64,000 bases of DNA from NCBI GenBank assembly GCA_951406725.2, contig OX597816.1:148366001-148430000 (forward strand). Reading direction: 5' to 3'. A model generated the notes under the pieces. It did no database searches. It was given only the letters and a program-made list of their open reading frames with translations, and had not been told where the DNA came from. The position numbers and the translations under genes were made by a program. The stretch is from Octopus vulgaris. Its lineage: Eukaryota. Below are positions 12,792-25,112 of the stretch, in pieces (positions within the stretch are counted from its first letter, which is position 1; the number at the start of each line of letters is the position of its first letter).

Positions 12792-13097
12792 TGATAATAA
12801 TATGTATTATGTATGTATAAAAGTATATTTGTAATTAACTATTCTTATAAAGCTTTTCTACGATTAAAGCTAAATTAAAACTGTTTAAAAGATAATATAA
12901 CTACAAGGTATTAAGACATACATATTATTTCAAACCATATGGTCCCATCACTTCTAGAACTTAAAAGATTATCTTAACTATAGATGACCTAGTACGTAAT
13001 TACTACACCCTTAGTTGTCTCAATCAATATTGGTGACGTTGTAAGCAAATAACTTGAATCGTAAATATTCCAAATCTTTACAAATATATGTATATAC

Positions 13098-13157
<60 letters not shown>

Positions 13158-13161
<4 letters not shown>

Positions 13162-13245
13162 AAAGTTCACGAAAAAACAACAAAAGACGAAAAGAGGTGG
13201 TGTACAAAACAAACAGATGTAGTAATATAACGCTCAAGAATAGAA
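13158..13245 (-). mobile_element. Fragment of a PLE pLTR-like mini-element in (TA)n
   Basis: Reverse complement resembles the 3' part of 34490-34671 and 56470-56603 (tgagcgt...tacta...ttgtt). Confidence 0.45.
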
Positions 13246-13266
13246 TATATATATACATATATATAA

Positions 13267-13896
13267 GATCAAGAGAAGTTCTCCAAACTATGGAAAGAGG
13301 ACTGTGAAAAAGAAGAACTAAAATCTCTCCAACGCTGGGAGAAAAACGCCATTTGGTTCTCAGACTATGAAGCCGTCTTTCAAACAGAGCACGCCTCCAA
13401 CAACCCTTTCCAGAAAATAAGAAAACCAAAACAACACCCAAACACCGATACACACCTGTCTAAAAATCGGAACCTTCACTACTTTCAAAAAAAGAATACA
13501 GGACCTAACCCTAACTCTGTAAGCAGCCAGCGTTACAATATCAGGAATACCCCCACTTCAAGCAGAGAAAGGATAAATCAACACCCACAGCATAGACACT
13601 GCAACCTTATCCCCACCCAAAAGAGTTACCAACGAAATCTCCGCCCCATAAACCGGTTAAACAACCATGCACAACAAACCCACTCCACTTACAATGATTA
13701 CCAACGAAGGCTTCCTAGAACACTACACCCGAATATGGGATATCGGGATGCTCTCCTCAATACTGCTCCAAGAACACACACCATAAATCACAACAGGAGA
13801 CCCCACATCAACAAAGAACAACTATATAATAGCTACCGTCCCAACCACCGCATTCATTTTTTAGACCCAATACGCAAACACAGAGACACAAGATAG
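13267..13896 (+). CDS. PLE upstream ORF (5'-truncated, 210 open codons; absent from ORF track)
   Basis: Manual translation with no stop: DQEKFSKLWKEDCEKEELKSLQRWEKNAIWFSDYEAVF...PNHRIHFLDPIRKHRDTR*; overlaps the RT frame. Confidence 0.7.
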   Translation, partial: DQEKFSKLWKEDCEKEELKSLQRWEKNAIWFSDYEAVFQTEHASNNPFQKIRKPKQHPNTDTHLSKNRNLHYFQKKNTGPNPNSVSSQRYNIRNTPTSSRERINQHPQHRHCNLIPTQKSYQRNLRPINRLNNHAQQTHSTYNDYQRRLPRTLHPNMGYRDALLNTAPRTHTINHNRRPHINKEQLYNSYRPNHRIHFLDPIRKHRDTR

Positions 13897-16179
13897 CACC
13901 AAACAAGCAGGAGGAACCAAAAGTAATAAAAATTATCAATCTAACTCACAAGGAACTAACAGCAAACCAAATTAACATACTTTCCAAAGGACTCAAGTTT
14001 ACACCCATCCCACAACACCCCAACTACAACGAAATGAAAGAAGACATCGCAGAATTCTGCAGAAAATTAAGACTTACTGAGGAGCTATACGATAAATACA
14101 ACGAGGACGAATCGTTAGCCAGAAATAGGAGTAACTACACTCCCTCGAAAGGTAAGAACAAAACACTTGATGATTTCTGTGACCACATATCTAATTACCC
14201 ATATCAACATATGCACAAACAAAAACACAAACTAAACTTCAGCAAAAAAGAATGGGCTGAGTTGAACAAATTAAAACAAGATAAAACAATAACAATCAAA
14301 GAGGCCGATAAAGGGAGTGCTGTTGTCTTAATGGATACGACATTTTACATAACTTTGGTACTTTCTATGCTGGAAGACACAACATACTATGAAAAGGCAC
14401 AAAACTACAGTCAACAAAAAATAATGAGGGAACTAAAATCCATATTAAACCCATACAAAGCAGGGCTCACCGACAAAGAATATGATTATATGACCAATTT
14501 CACAAGTAAAACTAGCCAATTCTACGGTATACCTAAGATCCACAAAAGTGAAAAAATAAGCAACGCATGCAAGATAGCTACAGACAAAATAATTAAAGTC
14601 CCTAATCCTAATGACCTCAAATTGAGACCCATAATAGCAGGTCCCGCATGCGAAACCCACCGCCTCAGTAACTTTTTAGACACCTTGTTAAAACCACTCC
14701 TCAAACATGTCAAAAGCTATATAAGGGACGACTTAGATATGCTCAATCACCTACCGAATACTATAAACAAAAACACCATACTGGTATCCTTCGATGTAGT
14801 CAACCTCTACTCCAATATCCCCCACAACCTAGGACTAGAGGCAATCCAATTCTGGCTAGAGAATCACGCCAACGAACTACCACACCGCATCAAAAAAGAA
14901 TTTGTGATAGAAGGGGTTAAATTCATCCTGGAAAATAACTTCTTCGCCTTCAATGACAACTCCTACCGACAAAAATCGGGGACTGCGATGGGTACACGAA
15001 TGGCCCCCTCCTTTGCCAACCTAGTCATAGGATACCTAGAGATCAGTCTGTATCGTAAGGTTCTAGAAAGATATGGCAGCCCTTTCTCCATCTACATAGA
15101 AAACAATTGGAAGAGATATCTAGATGACTGTTTCATCCTTTGGCATAAAAATATAGAAAAACTCATAGAATTCCAGAAAATTTTAAACGGACTGGACGTA
15201 AACATCCAATTCACGATGGAATATAGCCAACAACAACTCCCCTTCCTCGATATCCTCATTAAGAAAGCTAATAATATAATAGAAACAGACATATACTATA
15301 AGCCTACAGACTCTAAGCAATATCTTCCATTCAATTCATGCCACCCCAGACACACCAGGATGAATATCCCCTTCAATCTAGCAAAAAGGATATGCACTAT
15401 AGTCTCTAACGCAAACACCAGAGACACACGACTACAAGAACTAAAAGATACCCTTATCACCAGGAACTATCCACCTTCACTTATTGACAAGTGCATTCAA
15501 CGTGCCCTTCAACTTAACATCAAGGAACTGAGACATCCCAAATCAAAGAAAAACTTACAACCAAAATCCTTACCATACATCTCCACACACAACCCTCTCA
15601 ATAACGAAGCCTTCGACACCATCCTCCACAACATACCCCTCCTAAAAAAAGACCACAGAATGAACACAATCCTCCAAACGCACACGATCATAAAAAGCAA
15701 AAGACAGCCTAGATCCATGAAAAGTATCCTAACACAAGCCCGAATTCACTCTTCAACACAGAAGCCGACAGTAAAAAAATGTGGAAGACCCAATTGCGGG
15801 ATATGCGACTATCTAATTGAGGGATCAGAGTTCTCCTTCAAACAGGGACAACGGTTTACAGTGAAAAGCAACTTCACATGTGCTTCGGAGAACCTAATAT
15901 ACTCACTAACCTGCTCCGGGTGTCAAGAGCAGTACATAGGCCAAACAAAAAATGGTTTGCGTAAACGAATGGCCCTGCACAGATCCCAGATAAAAATTCC
16001 CCAAAACAGAAAAATAGCTTTTAGCCAACACATAGATACTTGCGCCAACAAAAAACTTCAGAATTTTCCCCCTCTACCAATTTAGGGACGATACAACCTC
16101 GAGACAACGAATAAGTAAAGAAAATCTCTTTATTACAAAATACAAGCCACTTCTTAACGGGTCTACGACAAACAATTAA
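13833..16179 (+). CDS. PLE reverse transcriptase + GIY-YIG endonuclease (1-bp frameshift near 16052)
   Basis: Frame open from 13833; IINLT...LSKGLKFTP precedes first ATG (14034); EADKGSAVV, FYGIPKIHK, LRPII, SFDVVNLY, GTAMGT, RYLDD, CGRPNCGIC, LIY...YIGQT...RMALH; after the A-run the C-terminus resumes NFRIFPLYQF...KYKPLLNGSTTNN* (TAA 16177-16179). Confidence 0.92.
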
Positions 16180-16814
16180 TATACCTCAACTTTAGAATAA
16201 AAGAAATATATACACACACAAATATTACACTCCATAGAATCCATTACTAATCAGCCCCATCACAGCTATACTTACACCCATTCATATTCTCCCTTCTCTG
16301 TTTTTTTCTTCTTCTTCTTCCTCTTCTTCTTCATCATCATCATTATCATCATCATCGTCGTCATCATCATCACCACTATCATCACCACCATCTTCTCCTT
16401 CTCCTTCTTCTTCTTCTTCTTCTTCTTCTTCTTCATCATCATCATCAACATCGTCATCTTCTTCTTCTTCTACTTCTCCACCTTCCACCCCTTAACCTTG
16501 TCACTAATGTCTTTCAGTATAACGCCTACGCAAATTCCATAAACAATTCCTGAATTGAACTGCGACTACTGTCAACCACTGACCATTCAAAATACGACCA
16601 TTAAGGTATTCCCAGATTTCCCCACCCCCTCTCCACATCAGCCTCCTTATTCTTCACCTATCCTACCAAGAACTCAAAACGACCTCGAACACACAAGTGC
16701 AAACAAGGGAGTCAGAGAAAGGCAGAATGCTACTTATATCTGAAGACTACTACAGAATATTCTTTTAAAAAAACTTTTCTTCTAATTTTTCTAAATTTAA
16801 TTATTTAATCGTTA

Positions 16815-16852
16815 CAGTTGAAAAGGTCTCAAAATGACCGAAACCGGTACTG
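16815..16852 (+). ncRNA. Hammerhead-like ribozyme motif in PLE 3' pLTR (core degenerate)
   Basis: CAG-TTGAAAA-GGTC(tcaaaat)GACC-GAAA-CCGG-TA-CTG; stems I, II and palindromic III present, two core mismatches to CUGANGA. Confidence 0.6.
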
Positions 16853-16909
16853 AAAGATTCACTACAAAATTATCTTAGCATTTTCTATTTTTGACTTGTT
16901 TTTTCATAC

Positions 16910-16940
<31 letters not shown>

Positions 16941-16941
<1 letters not shown>

Positions 16942-17940
16942 CTTTATATATATAAAACTGAGAATGTTTGTCTGTCTGTCTGTTTCCCTAAAACTTGAGA
17001 ACTACACAACCAATTCCATTCAAATTTTACACATGCCTTACTTAGGGTCCATGTAATTTCATGGACAAAAAAATGTTCAACTTCTTGCCTAGAGCGAGCC
17101 CATAGCAATATCATATCTTCTCCACTATTTCAGTATTACGTGTTAAAAGTGAAACAAAAACGCTTCTCTATTTTATGTCAGATACTTTCACTTTAACAAT
17201 AAAAATAATAATAACAATTGAATTATATGTAGTAAGTAATAATTAAAATCAAACTAAAGTAACATGACAAAAGTAAAAATAGCAATTGGTATAAAATTGC
17301 ATCAATGATTTGAACTTGAATAAGTGGTTTCACATGAATGGGAATAAATTAAAAATAAAATTAGCGTGCAGAAATGGAATAGTCCAGATGGATAATAAAA
17401 AATTAAATTAAAGAAAAGACTATTGTCTATAAAGTATACAATGTAGAGAAAAAAGAAGATTTGAACACATGGAGGAAAGCACCTTCGAAAAAGTGTCTTG
17501 GTGCGACTATGAAAGGAATCTAATCAGAGGCGGTAAATTCGCCACAATAGAAGCAAGGTTCAAGTCAAGGGAGTACTCGACTCGAACTTGCAAAGTGGAA
17601 ATATTTTATTTTTACCTTTATATCTAGGACGTAGGACGTCCCGGAAAAAAGTTTTAAATGCCCCCCACCAGAAGTAAGGCAGGCTGGATTGTAGCCACAC
17701 TTCTATACAAGAGGGAGGACAAGATACAATTGATCGACATTACAAGAGACAGGCTAACAATTCCAGTCTGTTATATATTTTGAGTATTGTTATCACTAGC
17801 GATATCAAGATATAACTTTGTATTTTGTATTTTATGTGTAGATGTATATATATAGATGTACATGTAAGATGTACACATATATATACACATATATACATGT
17901 ACTAGCATTATGACCCGGCAACGACGGGTCTTTAATGCTA

Positions 17941-17941
<1 letters not shown>
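16941..17941 (+). mobile_element. Non-autonomous Helitron
   Basis: 5' TC after A, (GTCT)n near the 5' end, 3' hairpin GACCCG-gcaacga-CGGGTC (17912-17930) then CTAG (17938-17941) followed by T; no TSD. Confidence 0.8.
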
Positions 17942-17978
<37 letters not shown>

Positions 17979-19946
17979 CATAAGCTTAGAGAAAACAGTC
18001 ATGAGGGTGGGTGGTATTTCAAGTAATGATAATAGTACTATATATTTTTAATAGTGATACTATCAAACATTTGTGTGTGTACGAGTAACATTGGTTCTTA
18101 TATCAACGCTAGTACGTGTCAGCTACTTCGGTAATTGATATTCAGACGGCTATATGTCAAATTCGTCCTCGGTTGACTGAAAATTCAGAATTTTATTTTA
18201 TACTACATTATATTTATTCTAGTTTTTCGCATTATGCAATGCAACTTCCAAATAACAACACAGATTTTGGGAGTTTCCCTCTGACACACACACGAGACAT
18301 TTTTGATGCTTCCTGTGATGTGCATTGTTGTCTCAGTTGAGTAGTAGCTTATTTTAAAGACTCAACATTGGTGGAATTAAAATTTAGTCCTGTCAGGATT
18401 TGAGAACTGAACTCAAAGAAACAGATAAATAATACAAGGCATCTTTTTCACCAAAAAATTATAACAGAAATACTAGCAGGGCTCGTGAAACATCTAAGTA
18501 CTTTCTTTATGTTATTTCTGTTTTGATATTCTCTCTTCATATTCTGTCTCTATTACACACTTTTCCTCTGTTAAAGATTTTGAAATACAAGTTCAATTTC
18601 GTCTCATAATTTTTGCTCGATAATGCATAACGATCACCATGTCTGAGCATTTAAATATTTCGATTATATCTTAATTTCAGTGTATAGTTATTATTGTATA
18701 AACATTCCTGCTTGTTTCATTATTTTACAGAATTCTGTTGTCTTAGTTTGCGTCCTACAGTTGTTATTAAAAGCGTTACATTCGAACACACATTGTGACA
18801 ATTATGATAATGCTTTCATATTTTTGCGCAAGGTTAGCAATTTCGAGACAGGGACTGGTCAACTATATCGGCCCCAGTTCTTATCTGGTACTTATTTTGT
18901 CGGCCTCTAAAGAAAGAAATTATTGCTACTAATATTATATATAACATTAACGCATGATCATAAATTTACCTTCAGTGAACTCAATTAACAGCCGTCCATT
19001 GGTAAATATTATCGAATGTCAGGGATTGCAAGCCAGCTCTAATTGAAATGTTTTATTTATTTTATATATTCGTAAAGGGCCTTAACTAACTACCACAAAG
19101 CACGTGGCTGCTTCTTTGGCATGATGCTGCCATCATAATATTATGAATATCAATGAAATTATAGCAATGCAGTAACCCAAGACAGAAAAATATGAAATTT
19201 ATGCTATGCAGTATATAATTTAGTGGTATTCATTTCAGAGATCATAACGTTACGTTTTATTTCCTGTTAATAACGATAGGGTCAATAAGTAATATTGATT
19301 TATTGAACATTAGCCACTCAGTAACCCACTCGTTACCCTTTCTCATAAAAGCCTTAATTCTAAGTACGAAAGCAGTAATTTTGGGTTGTATTGCAATTTT
19401 CCTAATATAAGCCACCGTAGCATTATTTCTTAATGTAATGTTCATTTTGTAGCTGTTGTCGTTGTTGCTGTAGTTGTTATTTTCGTTATTTTTTTTTGTT
19501 TAAAATATTGTTGCAAATGTGTTCTATTCCAAACGAAAAGTTTTTAAAATTTGAAATAAATTTTAAAATATATGCAAAAGCAGCATATATTTTATTGACT
19601 ACATGCAAAACCATTTCGTTGGATTACATCTCATGTTGTTCGAAAATCATTAAAGCACATTTATAACTTAGAATTTATGTATGTAAAACTTTTTTAATAA
19701 AAAGAAATACGAATTCAATAAAAGTATTTCAGATTAAAAATCAATTTTAATACCGAAAAGCAAAACAAAATATTTCAAAGAAATCATGTTTGCATCAACA
19801 TACAATGTGCTATCTGCTTTAAAATATTAAATAAACGATAATGTTAAGCGCAATAATGGTGAGCATTGCCAATAACTGGCTCGAATCGGTGTTGTGTTAT
19901 GTATGCATATATGCAAATATGAAGACATAGGCAAACACACACACGC

Positions 19947-20049
<103 letters not shown>

Positions 20050-20116
20050 GTATATATGTATGTATACATATATATATGTATACATATATATATGTATGTA
20101 TACATATATATATATG

Positions 20117-20169
<53 letters not shown>

Positions 20170-20172
<3 letters not shown>

Positions 20173-20228
20173 GTTATGTGTAATCTTTTAACATTGACAT
20201 TATTCAAAATTTGTACCGCACTCACAGA

Positions 20229-20319
<91 letters not shown>

Positions 20320-20375
20320 GTTATGTGTAATCTTTTAACATTGACATTATTCAAAATTTGTACCGCACTCACAGA

Positions 20376-20380
<5 letters not shown>
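20170..20380. repeat. Identical ~64-bp direct duplication (20170-20233, 20317-20380) separated by (TA)n
   Basis: atgttatgtgtaatcttttaacattgacattattcaaaatttgtaccgcactcacagacaaaa occurs twice. Confidence 0.9.
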
Positions 20381-20451
<71 letters not shown>

Positions 20452-21500
20452 ATTAAGAATCAGTTGAATTAGATAGTTACGTTGAGGCACCAAGTCAGTT
20501 CTGTATTATCCGTACAGCTCGAAGTTAGGTGAATAAAATCAAATAAGTAACGGAATGTCAGGCAATAATGCAATACGACTGTTTCAGGCGGCTCCAAATA
20601 TTTTATCACAGATAGAGGATGGAAGAATTTGATGTAACCACTATTGCAGCAAGAATAAGCTAAGAGAAAAACAACTATAATTTTGGAATGGCAGGAATGG
20701 ATCAAAGTGGAGGGCATGGGATTGTAATTCATTTCTAATATTTTTTTATCTACGTTCTTATCACCATCAAAAATATCTAAGGCTAGAAAGCTGCGTTTAT
20801 TGAGAATTAAGAACATTATGAGTTGACAGTTCAGAACTGGCTGCTGCTGGTCATAAATAAATATTATTCGTTATTCCCCCTAATCTTAATATCTTATGGC
20901 CATAAGTACCCCTTACCACACCACAAAAGAGGTAGGTATGGGTGACAAACTCTTTTCATAATTTTCAGTTAAAGCGGCCTGCACTATGGAACTTGGGACG
21001 CTAGAATGAGATCTAAGAAAACATTAAAGGCACCGATAGAAAAAGTTTATATCAAGGTATAGGAAAACCCGTGTATTATTATACGTCGTATAAAAATAAA
21101 AGTAGTTTTTTTTTAAATTTTAGAAAGGGATATCAGAATCAGGTGAGATAAGAGGGTTGTACAGATAAATTTAAGAAGATTACTATTATATAAAAGCACC
21201 ATAATACCACATATTTTCAGAACTATTAGGTGGTCACTACAAAGACCACTCAAACAATGATCACAGCTTACATATGGAATTTATTTGAGAAAGAGATACA
21301 TATTGTCTATTGATAGAAAGTAATGGAACAGAAACAGAATAATAAGAGAAATGATTCAATAAAATATAGGCTTATTTAAATATATAAGAATACAAAAACA
21401 TTTTAACAACTGTGAAAAGTGTGCACTGATATAACTAGATATAACAGTATAAAGATATGGAACACAAAAACATATACAAAAAGGATTTATATATATATAA

Positions 21501-21659
21501 ACGCAGGAATGGCTGTGTGGTAAGTAGTTTGCTTACCAACCACATGGTTCCGGGTTCATTCCCATTGCATGGCAACTTGGGCAAATGTCTTCTACTATAG
21601 CCTTGGGCCGACCAAAGCCTTGTGAGTGGATTTGGTAGACGGAAACTGAAAGAAGCCCG

Positions 21660-21719
<60 letters not shown>

Positions 21720-21900
21720 TCTCCCCAAAATCGCTTGACAACCGATGCTGGTGTGTTTACGTACTCGTAAATTAGCGGTTCGTCAAGAGAGACCGATAGA
21801 ATAAGTACTAGGCTTACAAAGAATAAGTCCTGGGGGCGCTTTGCTCGACTAAAGGCACTGCTCCAGCAAATGACTGAAACAAGTAAAAGAGAAAAAAGAG
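21501..21900 (+). mobile_element. SINE family B, full-length
   Basis: tRNA-like head (tggctgtgtggtaag...ggttcattccc), CORE-like cttgggcaa, internal (TA)/(TG)n, tail tgactgaaacaagtaaaagag. Confidence 0.85.
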
Positions 21901-22709
21901 AAAAGAGAATATATCTATATATATATATGTTTACATAAAGAATATATTATAATTAAAAGGTGTAATTATAAATAACTGAAACAAATATCAACTTAAGTAT
22001 CATATTGCATCACATCTTATCATGTATACCTGCGGAGAGCTTTCATACTCTGCGACTCATAGCATGTCATACCAGTATATGCTAAGCTAAATAGGAATGC
22101 AAAATATAAAAATTCGATACTATATAGAAATTTAACAATATACGGTAAAAATAAAGCATAAAGCATAAGAAATTAATCAGAAAAATATACAAAGATAAGA
22201 AATCAAATTAATTAGAATTAATAAAAATATTAATAAGAAAAATATATAAAGATAGGAGATCAAAATTAAAAACAAAAAATAAAAAAAGAGATAATATGTA
22301 TGCAAATAATGAGGATAGTTTAAGGTATTTCTACCAAAGTAGATTAAGGTGTAGGTAAATTACGATGAGGATATCAATTGGATACGGTTTTATAAATTAT
22401 CATGTTACAGGTACTATTGTATGCGTGACTGTATTGTTCTTAGGGGGTGTAAGATTTATTCAATGCTCATAACTCACTATATATAGGATGTAATCAGACT
22501 AAACATGCAGGGATTACCGGAGAGTAATATTACGTATAATACATCATATAACACAATACATAGTATATAATATATATAATGTAATACATTATAGTATATA
22601 ATATCCTACACTAGATGGTAAATTATAAAGTATACGACGTCCGAAGCTAATTGCCACCATCAAATCCAAAGTATGATGAGTATATTATTTGTTACGTAAA
22701 TATTTAAAT

Positions 22710-24770
22710 GTGCGGGTGATACTATGCACGCATGAAGAGCGAAAATCCGCAGTATGAGTTTCATACAACCGACCGCTAGTCGGTGCTGAGCTCACACACA
22801 TTCTCCCAACGAGAGCAGTCTTCGCTCGCTCAGTTCACGTGCTTATCTCGTTGTGACAACATCCCTGTTATATTTTTCCTAATGTTTATGTTTAGTTTTG
22901 TGCATATCTTGCTATTATTTTATAATAATTACTTGTGTTAGCCATGGGTTCTAAGAATTTTAGTGCAAAGGATAGCGTTGAAAAGAAGAAAAAGCTGATT
23001 ACGATAGAAGTGAAGAAGGAAATCATTAATAAACATGAAAGGGGAGCGCGTGTAGTAGACATAACACGTTAATACAATCGAAGCACGTCGACGATTTGCA
23101 CTATCCTGAAGAAAAAGGGCGATATCAAGGTCCTTACAACAGCAAAGGGTGTCATCAGAGTCTCTAAACAACGCACATATGTCCACGAAAGGATGGGAAA
23201 ATTGCTTCTCCTGTGGATCAATGAGAAGTAATTTGCAGCGGATATGATTACGGAGACTATCATCTGCAAGAAAGGATGAGCGCTGTATGAGTATCTCCTG
23301 AAGCAGAACCCAGGAACATTGACGTAGAAGACATCAGCAAACGTATTGAAGGTCAGTCGCAGCTGGTTAAATAATTTCAAGGACAGGACAGGCGTTCATA
23401 GCGCCGTCAGATATGGAAAAGCAGCGAACTCTGACACGAAGGCAGTTGAAGATTTCGTGCGTGAATTCCGTCAGTTCATCTCAGCCGAGGGGTATATCAC
23501 GCAGCAGGTATTCAACTGCGACGAAACTGACCTTTTGGGGGAAAAATACCCAGAACCTACATAACTCCAGAGGAGAAGAAAATGACAGGCCAGAACTCTA
23601 TGAAAGATAAGCTAAGTCCCGTCCCTTGTGCCAATGCGAGTGGAGACTTGAAGATTAAACAGCTTCTTGTCTACATTTTCGAAAATCTACGAGTATTCAA
23701 GTCGCACAAGATCCTGAAGGAGAAGCTGCAGGTCATGTGGAGGGCAAATGTTAAAGCTTGGGTCGCCAGGCAATTCTTCTCCGAGTGGGTCAACCTTGTC
23801 TTCGGACCAGCACTGAAAAAGTATCTTCTGGAGAATAATCTTCCTCTCAAGGTCCTTCTCATCCTCGACTATTCTCCTGCTCACTCTCATAACCTTGAAG
23901 ATGATATTCTGGACGAATTTAAATTTATAAAAGTTATGTACCTTTCACGCAACACTACCCCTATCTTGCAGTCAATGGGGCAAAGGTGATTTCAAATTTT
24001 AGGAATTTGTACCCCAAACACCTGTTTCGTCGGTGCTTTGAAGTCAACGAAAATACAAATCTAACCCTTTGTGAGTTTTGAAAGGAGCACTACAACATTG
24101 TAAACTGCCTGCCTGAAAATCATCGATATAGCCTGGCAGTGTAGTGGAGGACAGTGTAGCGGAGAATGCTATCTCTACGAGGGACATAAAGTCAGTGTTG
24201 GCAAAGTGGCATTATGTTTCTGAATTTGTATAAATATGTCACTCTAAAACTGTAGCTACAAGTCGTGCAGCTGCTTTTCGTATCATTTTGAAAGGCAGGA
24301 AAAAGCAGACTTCTCTTGATATGTTTCTAATGAAAGGACCTGGGAGTATAAAAATTGAAGAAAGTGTATCCAAAAAGCCTAAATTAAGCGAAGGGAGAGA
24401 GAAAACACCAGAATTTGTTTTTCATGAAGTCTTAACGATTCTCCACCCAAATAGTAATCCCCCTCCTCCTCCCCGCTTTATCGTCCCATTCTGTTAATAA
24501 AACCAGTAATTCAGTTAATAAAACCAGTTTGCATATTCTTTATGCATTCTCTTTTTTATAATTGTCATTTTACTTGTAACTACATCTTTTCCGTTTTAAA
24601 ACCCATAAAAGATAATTTTGGGGCGGGTTTTGGTTTTTTGGTGGGGGCTGAAGGGATTACTTATGTTTTACATAATTTCAATGGGGTAAAATTGATTTGT
24701 AAAACGAGTAAACCGTAAAACGACCTCGGGGTCATGGAACGAATTAAACATGTACTGCGAGGTATCACTG
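22710..24770 (+). mobile_element. Tigger/pogo-family DNA transposon, decayed (transposase ~22944-24400)
   Basis: MGSKNFSAKDSVEKKKKLITIEVKKEII...STICTILK (CENP-B-type HTH), KVSRSWLNNFKDR, QQVFNCDET, CANASGDLKIK, WRANVKAWV, LLILDYSPAH, NTTPILQSM; right TIR CGAGGTATCACTG followed by TA at 24770. Left boundary uncertain. Confidence 0.9.
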
Positions 24771-24771
24771 T

Positions 24772-24852
<81 letters not shown>

Positions 24853-24859
<7 letters not shown>

Positions 24860-25069
24860 ACACGCACTGTATATTCCTCCTGCACTTCTTCATTACGGAG
24901 CAGGAGGATACACTTTGCTGGAAAGGATCGCTGAAGATGTCATAATTGTGTGACGAAAATGTCGAGACAATGGACACAAGATAAAATGAGAACAGTAATA
25001 AACGAGTGAAGAACGAATATATAGTGCGTGTGTTTATTTAACAAAAGCAAAATGACCATCCCGAAATAT

Positions 25070-25070
<1 letters not shown>
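24853..25070 (+). mobile_element. Mini-element in (TA)n with inverted repeat and hammerhead-like motif (24927-24968)
   Basis: IR aaacacacgcactgtatattc / gaatatatagtgcgtgtgttt; CTGAAGA-t-GTCA..TGAC-GAAA-atg-TC. Confidence 0.55.

Positions 25071-25112
<42 letters not shown>

Larger units (their letters stand above)
13267..16910 (+). mobile_element. Penelope-like element, Neptune-type, 5'-truncated, inserted in (TA)n
   Basis: Upstream ORF + RT + GIY-YIG ORF, pyrimidine-rich 3' region, hammerhead-like motif at 16815-16852, (TA)n on both sides. Confidence 0.93.

Noticed and set aside
13158-13245. Inverted 5' pLTR belonging to the 13267-16910 PLE
   Set aside because: Does not match that element's 3' end (16800-16910); resembles the 34490/56470 family, so treated as an independent insertion.
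20469-20816. 115-aa minus-strand ORF in unique sequence
   Set aside because: No recognisable motif or convincing splice context; cannot be supported without a search.
22031-22078. Further minus-strand hammerhead-like remnants (also ~12921-12955, 12130-12158, 34030-34105)
   Set aside because: Several core mismatches and poor stem I; may be decayed copies but not distinguishable from chance.
22944-24400. Domesticated TIGD/CENP-B-like host gene
   Set aside because: Multiple stops and frameshifts plus a retained TIR indicate a dead transposon.
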